Shown: positions 39,910-50,766 of the stretch, piece by piece
Layout of the letters: each line of letters opens with the position of its first letter
Numbering within the stretch: the first letter of the stretch is position 1
Translations under genes and position numbers: made by a program
The notes under the pieces: generated by a model
The model's input: only the letters and a program-made list of their open reading frames with translations
What the model was told of the DNA's origin: nothing
Databases searched by the model: none
Assembly: GCA_030066755.1 (NCBI GenBank)
Contig: JASJAX010000006.1
Coordinates: 10,583 to 74,582 of the forward strand
Direction of reading: 5' to 3'
Source: Acidimicrobiia bacterium
GTDB lineage: Bacteria; Actinomycetota; Acidimicrobiia; Spongiisociales; UBA5794
DNA: 64,000 nt

Positions 39910-40719
39910 TCACAGGCCGCCACCCGTCGGAATGGGTGGCGGCGGCCATTCTCGAAACTGCATCGGAAAGCGAGAGCCGTCGATGAGGCTTCGATCCCCG
40001 AGGGGTTCCCCGATGTCCGCGGTGACTGCGAGCCACGAGTCCGCCACATTGAGGTTGCACGCCACTGGCTCGCTGTTCGGCATGGGCTGGGCCATGACCG
40101 TCACCATCACCACCTCGTCGTTGGTGAAGACAATCGGCACGACATCCCACCCGTCAAACGAGCCCGGACACCCTTCCAGAATGCGGATGGCGAGCTCGGA
40201 ATCCGACGCCCGGGGCTCGGACCGCTCGTCGAGCTGCCATTGGACCGCCGTCCACGAATCGAAGCCGTGCACCCGTGTGATGCAACCTGCGCGGCGAGCA
40301 AACTGTCTCTTCCAACCTTGGTCCTCGGACGCAACGGCGTGAACGATTGCGGTCGTGTGGCCGCGAGATCCGATGCCGCCCAACAACATGCGGTGGTCGC
40401 TGCGGTACAGCACGACCCATTGCACGTAGCCCCTGACGAAGTAGGGACGGTCGCCGCTCAGGCGCTCGATGATGGCGGAGGCGTCGGCATCGTCTTCGAC
40501 TGGTTCTCGTCCCACCAGGGGAGCGCGGTCGAGGGGAACGATGTACTGCCCGTCTTCAATCTGTGGTCGCACCCAGCCGTTGCCCAACAGGAGGCTGACG
40601 GCAACTGCGTCCGCTCGATCCCTACAGACCGCGACCAGACCGGGGTCCGACGTCCCACCGGAGCGTGCGCATGCTGCGACAACGACCGCGAGGGCGATAG
40701 CGACGGCGCCGATCTTCAC
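39910..40719 (-). CDS. hypothetical lipoprotein
   Basis: Signal peptide with lipobox (VVAACA). No domain recognised. Confidence 0.4.
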   Translation of the reverse strand: MKIGAVAIALAVVVAACARSGGTSDPGLVAVCRDRADAVAVSLLLGNGWVRPQIEDGQYIVPLDRAPLVGREPVEDDADASAIIERLSGDRPYFVRGYVQWVVLYRSDHRMLLGGIGSRGHTTAIVHAVASEDQGWKRQFARRAGCITRVHGFDSWTAVQWQLDERSEPRASDSELAIRILEGCPGSFDGWDVVPIVFTNDEVVMVTVMAQPMPNSEPVACNLNVADSWLAVTADIGEPLGDRSLIDGSRFPMQFREWPPPPIPTGGGL

Positions 40720-40757
40720 GCTGACACCGTATCAACACCGACGGGAGGCAGTCCCGC

Positions 40758-41390
40758 TCACCCGACGGTGACGACGAGTCCGTTCTCGTTCACCACCACT
40801 CGCACGTGGCGCAGATCCGCGATTCGGTGCTCGACGCCGTCTGCGTGGGGGCCGACTGCGATTGCGGTGGCGCCCGCCGACCGGGCGGATTGGACGCCAG
40901 GGGTGGTGTCCTCGAAGACGAGGCAGTCGGCGGGGTCGAAGCCGAGCACTGCTGCGGCGGTGCGGTAGGGCGCCGGGTCGGGCTTGCCGCGGGGGACATC
41001 ATCGGCCGTGATCATGGCCGGCGGATCGATACCGATGTGGTGGAGCCGGGCCGCCGCGAGTCGAGGGGTGCCGGAGGTCACGACGATCCAGCGATCTCGA
41101 GGCATGTGCATCAAGAGGTCGATTGCACCGGGCATCGGCCGAGTCTCGGCCGCGGCGGCAACCTCGAGGTCCTCGAGCACCTGGAACGCTGCTTCGGTGT
41201 CGACATCAGGGAGCAACGATGCGATCGACTCCCGAGCGGGCTTGCCGTGAATCCCGGTGACAACGGCATCCCCGTCGAGTCCGTACATCTCCGCCCACTG
41301 CCGCCAGCACGAGTCGACGGTTGCCACCGAGTCACTGAGTACTCCGTCGTTGTCGAAGAGCACTGCCTGCACGGTGAAGACTGCGGTCAC
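40758..41390 (-). CDS. HAD family hydrolase (beta-phosphoglucomutase-like subfamily IA)
   Basis: Motif I VLFDNDGVL. Motif III is K...LVFEDTTPGVQSARSAGA. The GTG start overlaps the LCP stop (GTGA). The upstream 400 aa of the long ORF is Arg-rich junk. Confidence 0.7.
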   Translation of the reverse strand: MTAVFTVQAVLFDNDGVLSDSVATVDSCWRQWAEMYGLDGDAVVTGIHGKPARESIASLLPDVDTEAAFQVLEDLEVAAAAETRPMPGAIDLLMHMPRDRWIVVTSGTPRLAAARLHHIGIDPPAMITADDVPRGKPDPAPYRTAAAVLGFDPADCLVFEDTTPGVQSARSAGATAIAVGPHADGVEHRIADLRHVRVVVNENGLVVTVG

Positions 41391-42404
41391 AGCGACGGGA
41401 ACGGTTCCCCGTTCAGAAACGCATCCAGTGTCGCCTTTGCCTCGGGCTCCACCGGGACGACGTACGAGACGCCGCCTTCGTTGGTGATCCGTACCGGCAG
41501 GGTGCGTCCTTCGAGATCCGAGGAACTCAGCTGCAGGGCCGAGCGGCCGAGGTCGATGAGCGCACCGAGGTCCAGGCCGGCATCCGTGGTGATGTTCTCG
41601 GCAACCGTTCCGGCGAAGCCGGGCAGGTCGAACGCAGAGCTGGTCGACACCTGATCGAAGAGTGCCAGCAAGAGCCCTTGCTGCCGCTGCGTTCGACCGA
41701 TGTCCGTAGCACCGACGCTCTCCCAGCCCCCATCTCGAAGCTCCTGGTATTGCCGTGAACGGGCATAGGCCAGGGCCTGGGCACCATCGAGGGTCTGCGT
41801 GCCGGCGTCGACATCGAGGCCGCTCTTGCTGTCCCGAGCCGCATACGCAAAGTCGATGGTGACCCCGCCCAGCGAATCGACGATGGCTGCGAAGCCCCCG
41901 AAGTCCACCTCGATGTAGTGGTTGATGTCGATGTCGAGGTTGTCCTTCAGCGTCCGAATCAGGAGGTCCGGTCCACCGAAGGCGAAGGCGGCATTGATCT
42001 TGTTCGTACCGCGCTCCGGGATCTCCACCTTGAGGTCTCGAGGAATGGACAGCAACTGGGCACCTTCTCCAGGCACGAACTTCACGAGCATGATGACGTC
42101 GGTCCGCCGCCCTCCGGCGGTCCCGAAGTTGCCCTGATCCAGGTCGTCGGGCAGGTTCTCCCGGCTGTCGGACCCGACGACGAGGAACGTGCGAGGACCC
42201 TCGATGGGTGTTGCGAGCGCCGGCAGTTGGGCATCTGGGATCCGTTCGATCTTCGAGTCGGTCCAGAGGAGGTAGGCGATGGCGGCAGTGACGCCGAGAA
42301 CCGCCATTCCGAGGAGGATCGTGATGATCCGCAGCCCCCGGCGTCGGCGTTGCGGCGGACGCGGCGATGGCGCCACGGTCGGGTGTGTCGTCGTTGAGCT
42401 CATG
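41387..42404 (-). CDS. LytR-CpsA-Psr (LCP) family protein
   Basis: An N-terminal TM anchor, then TFLVVGSDSR...RTDVIMLV...IPRD, matches the LCP catalytic core. Confidence 0.8.
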
Positions 42405-42518
42405 AGAAAACGGACGTCTCCGTAGGGAGGAGGAGTGGGGGGTGCACGCGAGTGTACTTCTACTCCGAGATATCGATACTCGGGATCGGTCATAGGGGCG
42501 GCGGGTACCATGCGCGCC

Positions 42519-44201
42519 ATGACCGGAGACCTGAATCGCACCAGCCGCCGCATCACGCAAGAGGCATCACAGGGAGGGTCCCAGGCGATGCTCTTCGCCA
42601 CCGGGCTCACCCCGGACGACATGGGCAAGGCCCAAGTCGGGATCGCTGCGATGTGGTACGAGGGCAACTCGTGCAACATGCACCTCAACGATCTCGCCGC
42701 ACGAGTCCGTGACGGGGTGATGGCATCCGACATGGTCGGTATGCGCTTCAACACGATCGGAGTGTCCGACGGTATGTCGATGGGCACCGACGGGATGAGC
42801 TTCTCCCTGCAGTCGCGTGACCTCATCGCCGACTCGATCGAAACCGTCATGCGGGCGCACTGGTACGACGCCAACGTCTCGATTCCCGGCTGCGACAAGA
42901 ACATGCCGGGCTCGATCATCGGGATGGCACGGGTCAACGTCCCATCGCTGATGATCTACGGCGGCACGATTCGTGCCGGCCACCGATCCGACGGCACGCC
43001 GATCGACATCGTCTCAGCGTTCCAGTCGTACGGCGAGATGATCGCCGATCGCCTGAGCAACGACGAGCGGCTGGACATCGTCCGCAACGCCTGCCCCGGA
43101 GCCGGCGCTTGCGGTGGCATGTACACGGCCAACACGATGGCGTCGGCCATCGAGGCGCTCGGCATGACGCTGCCGTACAGCTCGTCGACGCCCGCCACCG
43201 ATCCGGCGAAGCTCGACGAGTGTTTCCGAGCCGGCGCGGCAATCCGGAGCCTGCTCGAGGACAACATCACGCCACGTGACATCATGACCCGGGCCGCGTT
43301 CGAGAACGCGATGGTGCTCACGATGGCGCTCGGTGGATCGACGAACGCCGTGCTGCACCTCCTCGCCATGGCGAGGGCAGCCGATGTCGACCTGCAGCTC
43401 GACGACTTCCAGGCGACGAGCGACCGAGTTCCGTTCCTCGCCGACCTCAAGCCGAGCGGCCGGTACGTGATGGAAGACCTGCACGCGGTCGGCGGCACAC
43501 CTGCGGTCCTCAAGCTGCTGCTCGAGCACGACGCCATCGACGGTTCCTGCCTCACCGTGACCGGTCGGACGCTCGCAGAGAACCTCGCCGACCTGCCGGG
43601 ACTCGCCGATGACCAGCGGATCGTGCAGCCATGGGACCAGCCGATCAAGGACTCAGGCCACATCCAGATCCTCCGCGGCAACCTCGCCCCGGACGGTGCC
43701 GTGGCCAAGATCACCGGCAAAGAAGGCCTGCGTTTCTCGGGCACGGCCAAGACGTTCGATCGTGAAGAGGACATGGTGCCGGCGCTCGAGCGAGGCGAGA
43801 TCGGACCGGGCGACGTGGTCGTCATCCGCTACGAGGGGCCCAAGGGAGGCCCAGGGATGCCCGAGATGCTGACCCCGACGTCGGTCATCGTCGGAGCGGG
43901 TCTCGGCAACGACGTTGCTCTCATCACCGACGGCCGGTTCTCCGGCGGATCCCACGGCTTCATCATCGGCCACGTCACGCCCGAAGCGCAGGTGGGCGGT
44001 CCGATCGCCCTGGTCGAGGACGGCGACATCATCACGATCGATGCCACGACCCGGTCGATTTCGGTCGACCTCGACGACGAGGAGTTGACTCGCCGCCGCG
44101 CTGCCTGGACGGCCCCGCCCCTCAAGGCGACCCGTGGCACCCTGCACCGCTACATCAAGACGGTGAAGTCGGCGAGCGAAGGCTGTGTGACCGACGAATA
44201 G
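42519..44201 (+). CDS. ilvD: dihydroxy-acid dehydratase
   Basis: [27 protein letters not shown] and the GHV...[16 protein letters not shown] cluster motifs are canonical for IlvD/EDD. Confidence 0.9.
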   Translation: MTGDLNRTSRRITQEASQGGSQAMLFATGLTPDDMGKAQVGIAAMWYEGNSCNMHLNDLAARVRDGVMASDMVGMRFNTIGVSDGMSMGTDGMSFSLQSRDLIADSIETVMRAHWYDANVSIPGCDKNMPGSIIGMARVNVPSLMIYGGTIRAGHRSDGTPIDIVSAFQSYGEMIADRLSNDERLDIVRNACPGAGACGGMYTANTMASAIEALGMTLPYSSSTPATDPAKLDECFRAGAAIRSLLEDNITPRDIMTRAAFENAMVLTMALGGSTNAVLHLLAMARAADVDLQLDDFQATSDRVPFLADLKPSGRYVMEDLHAVGGTPAVLKLLLEHDAIDGSCLTVTGRTLAENLADLPGLADDQRIVQPWDQPIKDSGHIQILRGNLAPDGAVAKITGKEGLRFSGTAKTFDREEDMVPALERGEIGPGDVVVIRYEGPKGGPGMPEMLTPTSVIVGAGLGNDVALITDGRFSGGSHGFIIGHVTPEAQVGGPIALVEDGDIITIDATTRSISVDLDDEELTRRRAAWTAPPLKATRGTLHRYIKTVKSASEGCVTDE

Positions 44202-44259
44202 CCAGGCCTCCGGCCTGGCTATTCGAGTACTGAGTACCGAGTACTGAGTACCGAGACCA
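44202..44259. repeat. hairpin CCAGGCC-TCC-GGCCTGG then (GAGTACY)x4 + GAGACC
   Basis: Directly after the ilvD stop. Reads gagtact gagtacc gagtact gagtacc gagacc. Confidence 0.85.
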
Positions 44260-44313
44260 GAACGCCCCTACCTCGCGAAACGCGTCTGAAGCGGTCTGCG
44301 CGACAATCGGATC

Positions 44314-44757
44314 GTGCTGTTGCGCGAACGATCGGACCAGGCTGTCGAGCTTTCGATTGTGGGCTACCAGTTCGAGAATGCTTCTGACGAATGGGATCGG
44401 AACTGGCTGGTTGTCGAAGGCCACGTCCACCTGCCGGGGCAGGAGTGGCGTTTTCGTGATCCTTGCCTCACCACTTGGGAGGCCCACGAGCTGGCTGCCT
44501 GGCTCTCGAACGTCTCCGCAGCTCGGTCGGCGGACACCGCAATCTCGTTCACTGAGCCGAATCTGTGTTTCGAGTGGCAAGGCGTATCGAGCGAGTTCGT
44601 GGAAGTCCGAGTGTCCTTCGAACTCGAAGCGCGACCCGCTGAGATGCGGAACCTCCCGTGGGGTGGCTGCTACGTCGATCTCACGATTGGGCGCAGCGAT
44701 CTTGCGGCAGCCGGCACGGATTTGCTCCTCGAACTGATGGACTATCCGCAGCGCTGA
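44314..44757 (+). CDS. hypothetical protein
   Basis: 147 aa with coding-like composition. No motif recognised. Confidence 0.4.
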   Translation: MLLRERSDQAVELSIVGYQFENASDEWDRNWLVVEGHVHLPGQEWRFRDPCLTTWEAHELAAWLSNVSAARSADTAISFTEPNLCFEWQGVSSEFVEVRVSFELEARPAEMRNLPWGGCYVDLTIGRSDLAAAGTDLLLELMDYPQR

Positions 44758-44759
44758 GC

Positions 44760-44810
44760 GGTCTCGGTACTCAGTACTCGGTACCAAGTACTGCGCAGCT
44801 ACGCTGCGCA
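44760..44810. repeat. GTCTCG + (GTACTCR)x2 + GTACCAA + GTACTG, then hairpin TGCGCAGC-TAC-GCTGCGCA
   Basis: Between the hypothetical gene stop and the SelW-like ATG (44812). The hairpin ends 1-2 nt before the ATG. Confidence 0.85.
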
Positions 44811-44811
44811 C

Positions 44812-45048
44812 ATGAAGCTCTCTATCGAATACTGCGCTGCTTGAGGGTATACCGACCGTGCCGTGCGCATGGCTCAACACATCCTCGACAACTTCGAGCA
44901 CAAGATCGACGACCTCACCATCATCCCGAGCAAGGGTGGCGTGTTCGAGGTTCTCGCCGACGACACACTGATCTACTCCAAGAAGGCCACCGGCGTCCAC
45001 GCAGAGGTTGGTGACGTGATGGTCCCCCTGCGGGAGCTCATCGGCTGA
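44812..45048 (+). CDS. SelW/Rdx family selenoprotein (in-frame UGA at 44842-44844)
   Basis: ATG 44812 reads MKLSIEYCAA-U-GYTDRAVRMAQHILDNFEHKIDDLTIIPSKGGVFEVLADDTLIYSKKATGVHAEVGDVMVPLRELIG*. CAAUGY aligns with the CGAUGY redox motif of SelW. GGVFEV...LIYSKK aligns with GFFEV...LIHSKKK. Eleven nt after the UGA is the stem CCGUGC/GCAUGG with loop CGUGC. The ORF track only reports the part from internal GTG 44863. Confidence 0.65.
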
Positions 45049-45054
45049 CCGCGG

Positions 45055-46620
45055 TCAGTCGACCCAGCTCTCGATCAGCGGATCGATCGGGATGTCTTCG
45101 CCCCCGACCAGGACGTGGTGCACTCGCGTCCTGCGGAGTTCGTCGGGCGTTGACGTGATGGGATCACGGTCGACGACGATCAGATCCGCCTGACTTCCCG
45201 CCGCCAACGGTTGAGACTCGCCGAGCGCGGCGGCCGCCCCGTTCGTGAACAGGTCGAGGGCCGCCTCGGCGTCGAGCGCCTCTGCCGGGACGATGCCGTT
45301 GCGATCCCGGGCGAGCGCCATTCCCGACCACGGATCCGGCGGCTCGACCGGCGAGTCGGAGCCGGCCGCCAGCATCACGCCATCACGGACCATCGACGCG
45401 AAGGGGTAGGCCATCGGCATCCGCTCGGCCCCCAGACGGTCCTCGAGCCAGTCGGCTTCGGAACCCAGGAACGCGGGCTGGACACAGCCGACGATTCCGA
45501 GTCGAGCCATTCGGCGCACGTCCTCCGGGTCGATGACGGATGCATGTTCGATCCTGGCCGTGCCGGGTGCCGCCCCCAGGTCCTCGAACAGATCGATGAC
45601 CCGCCGGCAGGCCAGGTCCCCGATGGCGTGGATGGCAACCGTCCCGCCGAGGTCGAAGCAGTGCTGTGCGAGTGTCCGATCGATGTCGTCGAGGCGCATC
45701 GTTCCGCGCTCGTGAGGTGCATCTGCGAACGGGTCGATCATGGCCGCTGTGTGCCCCCCGAGACTGCCGTCGGCAAAACGTTTGAGCCCTGCCCATCGCA
45801 AACGCGAGGAGCGCCCGGTGAGGAGAGATCGGCCCTCGTCCAACTCACCGACGGAGTTGGCGATGACGAACCCGTGGACCCGTAGCGGGAGCCGATCGGC
45901 CACCGAGGCGAGGAGTTCCGCCTCGTTGCCCAGGCTGGCCCATGGTCCGTCGCCGATTCGAACCATTGCGCCGATGCTCGTGATCCCCAACGAAGTGAGT
46001 GCGGTCAAGGCACGAAGCAGGTCGTCTTGCATCACCGGGGCCGTGCCGGCCAGCGCTTTCGACACGATCTCGATGGCCGTTTCGCGCAAGACGCCGGTTG
46101 GTTCTCCGGCCTCGTTCCGGTCGATCACGCCACCCGGCGGATCCGGAGTGGCTGATGTCACTCCGGCCTGCGCGAGCGCAGCTGAGTTCGCCACCGCAAC
46201 GTGCCCGCAATAGCGGTGCACGAGGACCGGGCGATCCGCAACTGCGTCGTCCAGGTCGGCACGGGTCGGCAGACGGCGCCCGGCAAGGGTCTCATCGTCC
46301 ATGCGCAGTGCCACGATGGCGCCCGGCCGCTTCGCTGCGGCGCCTCGGAGCCGGTCGGCGAGATCGGCCAGATCAGTCGCGGTCTTGAGCGAGACACCCG
46401 TGAGCAACGCCGCATAGGGAACCGGATGCAGATGGGCGTCGCGCAGCCCCGGAAGAATCGTTGCCCCCACAAAGCTCTGCTCGTGCACCCCGGGAGCGCG
46501 GAGGGTCGCCGCCGATCCGACGGCCACGACCTTTCCGCCTTCGACCAAGACGGCGTTGGAATCTGCGGGGCCTCCGGTGGCACGGACCCGATCGGCGACG
46601 AGGAGGCGCCGGCGGGTCAC
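45055..46620 (-). CDS. amidohydrolase family protein (metal-dependent hydrolase, amidohydrolase-3 like)
   Basis: LPGLRDAHLHP..., a later HxH, a D near the C-terminus, and a length of 521 aa. The GTG start overlaps the SuhB-like stop. Confidence 0.75.
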   Translation of the reverse strand: MTRRRLLVADRVRATGGPADSNAVLVEGGKVVAVGSAATLRAPGVHEQSFVGATILPGLRDAHLHPVPYAALLTGVSLKTATDLADLADRLRGAAAKRPGAIVALRMDDETLAGRRLPTRADLDDAVADRPVLVHRYCGHVAVANSAALAQAGVTSATPDPPGGVIDRNEAGEPTGVLRETAIEIVSKALAGTAPVMQDDLLRALTALTSLGITSIGAMVRIGDGPWASLGNEAELLASVADRLPLRVHGFVIANSVGELDEGRSLLTGRSSRLRWAGLKRFADGSLGGHTAAMIDPFADAPHERGTMRLDDIDRTLAQHCFDLGGTVAIHAIGDLACRRVIDLFEDLGAAPGTARIEHASVIDPEDVRRMARLGIVGCVQPAFLGSEADWLEDRLGAERMPMAYPFASMVRDGVMLAAGSDSPVEPPDPWSGMALARDRNGIVPAEALDAEAALDLFTNGAAAALGESQPLAAGSQADLIVVDRDPITSTPDELRRTRVHHVLVGGEDIPIDPLIESWVD

Positions 46621-47426
46621 GTCGGCCGCTCCGCAGCCGCCACGTGGGGTGGCAGGGTTTCGCCGATGATGGCCAGGTAGGTGTCGTGGAGGAGGCCGTT
46701 GCTGGCGAGGATCATCGGATCCTCGGGCACGAGGTCACGGCCGCGGGAGTCGGTGACGCGCCCGCCGGCCTCGCGGACGAGCAGCGTCCCTGCGGCGATG
46801 TCCCATGGAGCGAGGAAGTACTCCCAGTGGGCCTCGTATCGGCCGGCCGCGACCCAGGCGAGATCGAGCGCTGCGGAACCGCACCGGCGGATGCCGTTGA
46901 CGTGCGCCAGCATCCCGGCAACGGTTGCCGTGTATGCCTCCGGGTACTCATGGTGGTCGTAGGGGAAACCGGTGCTGATCACCGATTCATTCACTCCGCT
47001 CGTCTTCGACACGCGGATCGGGTCACCGTTGAGATGGGCGCCACGGCCGCTCATCGCACTGAACACGTCGTTGCGCAGCACGTCCACCACGACGCCGACG
47101 ACCGGGGCATCCTCCTCGTAGAGCGCAATCGACACGGAGACCTCCGGGATCCCGTGGACGAAGTTCACCGTTCCATCGAGCGGATCGACGATCCAGCGGC
47201 GCCCTCCGTCACCGTCCCCGGCGACACCAGACTCCTCGGCAAACAGTGTGTCGCTCGGCCGCTCACGACCAAGCAGCTCGAGAATGGCCGCCTCGGACTC
47301 CTCGTCCGCAATCGTCACCGGATTGTTCCGACCCTTGGATTGCGAGCCCAGGCTCTCACCGAAGTACCCGCGCACGATTGCGGCACCCGCTTGCGCCGCG
47401 CTGATCGCGAGTTCGAGGTCGTCCAT
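46617..47426 (-). CDS. inositol monophosphatase family protein (SuhB/ImpA-like)
   Basis: WIVDPLDGTVNFVHG and a WDIAAG motif. Confidence 0.8.
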   Translation of the reverse strand: MDDLELAISAAQAGAAIVRGYFGESLGSQSKGRNNPVTIADEESEAAILELLGRERPSDTLFAEESGVAGDGDGGRRWIVDPLDGTVNFVHGIPEVSVSIALYEEDAPVVGVVVDVLRNDVFSAMSGRGAHLNGDPIRVSKTSGVNESVISTGFPYDHHEYPEAYTATVAGMLAHVNGIRRCGSAALDLAWVAAGRYEAHWEYFLAPWDIAAGTLLVREAGGRVTDSRGRDLVPEDPMILASNGLLHDTYLAIIGETLPPHVAAAERPT

Positions 47427-47515
47427 CGGCGGAAGTCTACGAGCGGCGTGCCGCCGCGAGTCCAGGTACCAAGTAGGCAACGGCCGTAGGCCCTTGCCAT
47501 CGGTATCCTCCCCGC

Positions 47516-49012
47516 ATGCAATTCCGCCCCTACGTCGCTGCGGTGGTCAGCGCATTGCTGATGTGGGCCGCCTATCCGCCGCTCGATCTCGGCGTGTTGG
47601 CGCTGGTCGCACCGGTTCCGCTCTTCATTGCGATCCGCACCGTCGAACGGGGTTGGGCGGCCGTCGGCATCGGTTTCCTCTACGGCGTCGTGTTCTTCGG
47701 GGTCCTGCTCAACTACGTGCGCGTCGTCGGCATGGTGGCCTGGATCCCACTCACGATCTGGCTGGCCTCGACCGCTGCCGCTTACGCCCTCCTGATCTGG
47801 AGTTTCCGCTTGTGGCCGCCGACGAGGTGGTGGCTGATCGCCGTTGGTGGTTGGGGCATGTGGGAGCTGATCCGGACCACCTTCCCTTGGGGCGGCTTTC
47901 CGTGGGGTGTCACTGGCTACGCCGTTGGAGGCACGCCCGGGTTCCTCGGCGCAACCCAGTGGATCGGTCCCTCCGGCTGGTCGATTCTCGGAGTTGCCGT
48001 CGCTGCCGGCATCGTGCTCGTGCTCGAGGATCGGGCGCAGTGGCGGCTGCTGGTCGATCCGCTCGTCGTGATGCTCCTCCTGGCTCTCGCCGGTTCGTTG
48101 TTCGCTCCGCGCGCCGACGGGCAGGTGGCGACGACGGCGATCATCCAGGGCAACTCGCCCTGTCCGCAGACGCACTGTCAGAACGAGAACCGCCGGATCT
48201 ACGAGTCTCATCTCGCGTTGACCCGGACCCTCAATCCGGACGAGGTCGATCTCGTTGTGTGGCCCGAGAACGCAACGGGTACACCGTATGACCCCTTCAC
48301 CAACCCCGAGGTCGAGGAGGCAATCGCCGCCGAGGCGATCCGGCTTCGTGCCTATCTCATCATCAGCGGTACCCGGTCCGTGAGCCCGACCGAGTTTCTG
48401 AACGTCAACATGGTCTACGACCCGTCCGGCCGGAAGATCGGTGAGTACGCCAAGCGGCATCCCGTACCGTTCGGCGAGTTCGTCCCCCTGCGGGACCTCC
48501 TGGATTTCGTGCCCCAGCTCGACCGCGTACCTCGCGACATGGTGCGGGGCGACGGACCGGTGGTGTTCCGGACGCCTGCAGGGAATCTCGGCACCGTCAT
48601 CTCGTTCGAAGGAGCGTTCTCCCGGCTCGTTCGATCAGAAGTGCAGGCCGGAGCCGATCTGATGGTCATCACGACGAACAACAGCACATGGGGAGAGGCG
48701 GTCGCTTCCGATCAGTTCATCGACATCACGAGGGTGAACGCCGCTGCCATCGGTCAGGACGTCGTGCATGCAGCGATCACCGGAAAGTCGGCGTTCATCA
48801 GGGCGAACGGCAGCGTCGTGGCACGTTCAGGCCTGCTCACGACGGAGATCCTCAAGGCCGACGTCGCGTTCCGGAACGTTGGTCCCACGCTCTTCTCTCG
48901 CCTCGGCGATTGGGTCCTGATCGTCGCTTTGGCCGCCGGTTTCGCCGCCGTGGTCACGCCGGGCGAAGGTCGACCCGAGCGACGGGAACGGTCCAAAGAG
49001 ACCGTCGCCTGA
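47516..49012 (+). CDS. lnt: apolipoprotein N-acyltransferase
   Basis: N-terminal polytopic domain, then a CN-hydrolase domain (VVWPE, ISFEGAF, and others). Length is 498 aa. Confidence 0.85.
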   Translation: MQFRPYVAAVVSALLMWAAYPPLDLGVLALVAPVPLFIAIRTVERGWAAVGIGFLYGVVFFGVLLNYVRVVGMVAWIPLTIWLASTAAAYALLIWSFRLWPPTRWWLIAVGGWGMWELIRTTFPWGGFPWGVTGYAVGGTPGFLGATQWIGPSGWSILGVAVAAGIVLVLEDRAQWRLLVDPLVVMLLLALAGSLFAPRADGQVATTAIIQGNSPCPQTHCQNENRRIYESHLALTRTLNPDEVDLVVWPENATGTPYDPFTNPEVEEAIAAEAIRLRAYLIISGTRSVSPTEFLNVNMVYDPSGRKIGEYAKRHPVPFGEFVPLRDLLDFVPQLDRVPRDMVRGDGPVVFRTPAGNLGTVISFEGAFSRLVRSEVQAGADLMVITTNNSTWGEAVASDQFIDITRVNAAAIGQDVVHAAITGKSAFIRANGSVVARSGLLTTEILKADVAFRNVGPTLFSRLGDWVLIVALAAGFAAVVTPGEGRPERRERSKETVA

Positions 49013-49103
49013 CGAACCTGTCATCCGACTTCACCGTCGAGTCCGTAGACCGGGCAAGGAGATCTGCGGTACCCCGCAGACAAAGTGACGAGGTGACGTC
49101 CCA

Positions 49104-49310
49104 ATGACCAACGTGGTACTCCAGGGAGCTCGACCGGGCAACCGTCGGCGCAAGCCAAAGACGTATGCCGAAGGTCGGGTCTGCTCCGATGACGCATGCA
49201 CGACCCTCGTGTCGCGTTACAACCGTTCAGAGTTCTGCTTCGAGCATCGTCCGGTGCACTATCCGCGGATGCGCGGTGTCTTCACCGACGAGTATCAGCA
49301 GGCCTCCTAG
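49104..49310 (+). CDS. hypothetical small Cys-containing protein
   Basis: 68 aa containing CSDDACTT...CFEHRP, so possibly a zinc ribbon. Confidence is low. Confidence 0.25.
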   Translation: MTNVVLQGARPGNRRRKPKTYAEGRVCSDDACTTLVSRYNRSEFCFEHRPVHYPRMRGVFTDEYQQAS

Positions 49311-49316
49311 CCGCCT

Positions 49317-50608
49317 TCACTGCGCTTCGTACGCCGCAACCGCCTCTTCCAGGAGGTCGATTCCGTGATCGAGATCATCCTTCGTGACAACGAGCGGTGG
49401 GATGAACCGAATGACGTTGGCGTCCGGACCACACGCCAGGATGAACATGCCACGATCCTGGGCGTACTGTCGGACGAAGACGAGCGCGTCCGGGTTCGGC
49501 GTTCCGTCCTCGTAGCCCATCTCCACGCCGACCATGAGTCCGAGGCCGCGAACGTCGCGGATCGTCTCGAACCGTTCGGCCATTTCGTTGAAGCGTCCGA
49601 AGGCGTGCGCCGACAGCGGTCCGACGGTTGGGATGACCTCGTGGAGTGCCTCGACGGTTGCCGTTGCCGCGGCGCAGGAGACGGGGTTTCCACCGAACGT
49701 GGTGCCATGACTTCCCGGCGGCCACTCGTCGTAGATCTCCGCTGACGCGCCAACCGCGGACAACGGGAAGCCGTTGGCGATCGCCTTGCCGAGAACCAGG
49801 ATGTCGGGCCGAACACCGAGCACGTCGGCTGCGAACCAGTCGCCGGTGCGCCCGAAGCCCGTCTGGACCTCGTCCAGAATCAACAGGATCCCCGACTCGT
49901 CTGCCATCCGCCGGAGCTCGGCGAGGAACGCCGGGCTGGCCGGGTAGTAACCGCCCTCGCCCTGGACGGGCTCCACGAGGAAGGCCGCAACCTCGCTGGG
50001 AAGCACCTCATGGCGGAACATGCGACGGAGCTCGTCGATGGCTCGCTCGTCGGCTTCCTTCTGGTCCATCTGCCATGCGTAGGGGTGCGGGAATGGCGTC
50101 ACGAAGACCGACGGCACGAGCGGGTGGTAGCCCTGGCGGTACTTGGCCTTCGACGTCGTGTAGGTGACCGAACCCATGGTGCGGCCGTGGAAGCCGCCGC
50201 GGAAGACGATGACGCCCTGGCGCCCGCTCGTCTTGCGTGCGAGCTTGACCGCGGCCTCGACCGATTCAGCTCCTGAGTTCATGAAGAGGAACTGATCGAT
50301 GCCGTCGGGGGTGACCTCGGCGAGTGCCTCGGCAGCACGCAGTTTGCTCTCGTACTTGAACGATCCACCGGCGTGCCACAGCTGATCGATCTGCTCCAGC
50401 ACAGCCGCCTTCACGCCGGGGTGTTGGTGGCCGAGATTGGTGACCGAGATTCCGCACGCAAAGTCGAGGTAGCGGTTTCCGGCGTCGTCTTCGACCCAGA
50501 CGCCATCGCTGGCGACGATGCGGATGTCGGAGTCGTAGGCGGCGACCGGTGCGAGCACTTTGGTGAAGCGGTCGGCGAAGTCGTTCATGAGAGGTGCCTC
50601 CTGTGGTG
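49317..50608 (-). CDS. class III aminotransferase (GabT-like)
   Basis: LILDEVQTGFGRTG and GGFHGRT are PLP class III hallmarks. Length is 430 aa. Confidence 0.85.
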
Positions 50609-50766
50609 GCGGAGCGGGCAAAGTGGGTGCGATTCGAGGCAAGCTCGCACTACGGCGCAGCGAAGAGGTGGCGGCGGCGGCGACGTGGTGGCCAATGCAT
50701 GCGTTCATTGTGCCATGCAGCCGGGATCGTCGAGAACGTACCTTCCCCCCAAGGGGGACTGTGCAG

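Noticed and set aside
41391-42560. Upstream 390 aa of minus ORF 40758..42560
   Set aside because: Arg-rich nonsense that overlaps the LCP gene in another frame. Only the last about 210 aa (the HAD hydrolase, starting at GTG 41390) is coding.
44314-44757. Immunity-protein (WapI-like) assignment for the hypothetical protein upstream of the SelW-like gene
   Set aside because: Only a vague resemblance in composition. There is no adjacent toxin gene, so the ORF is left as hypothetical.
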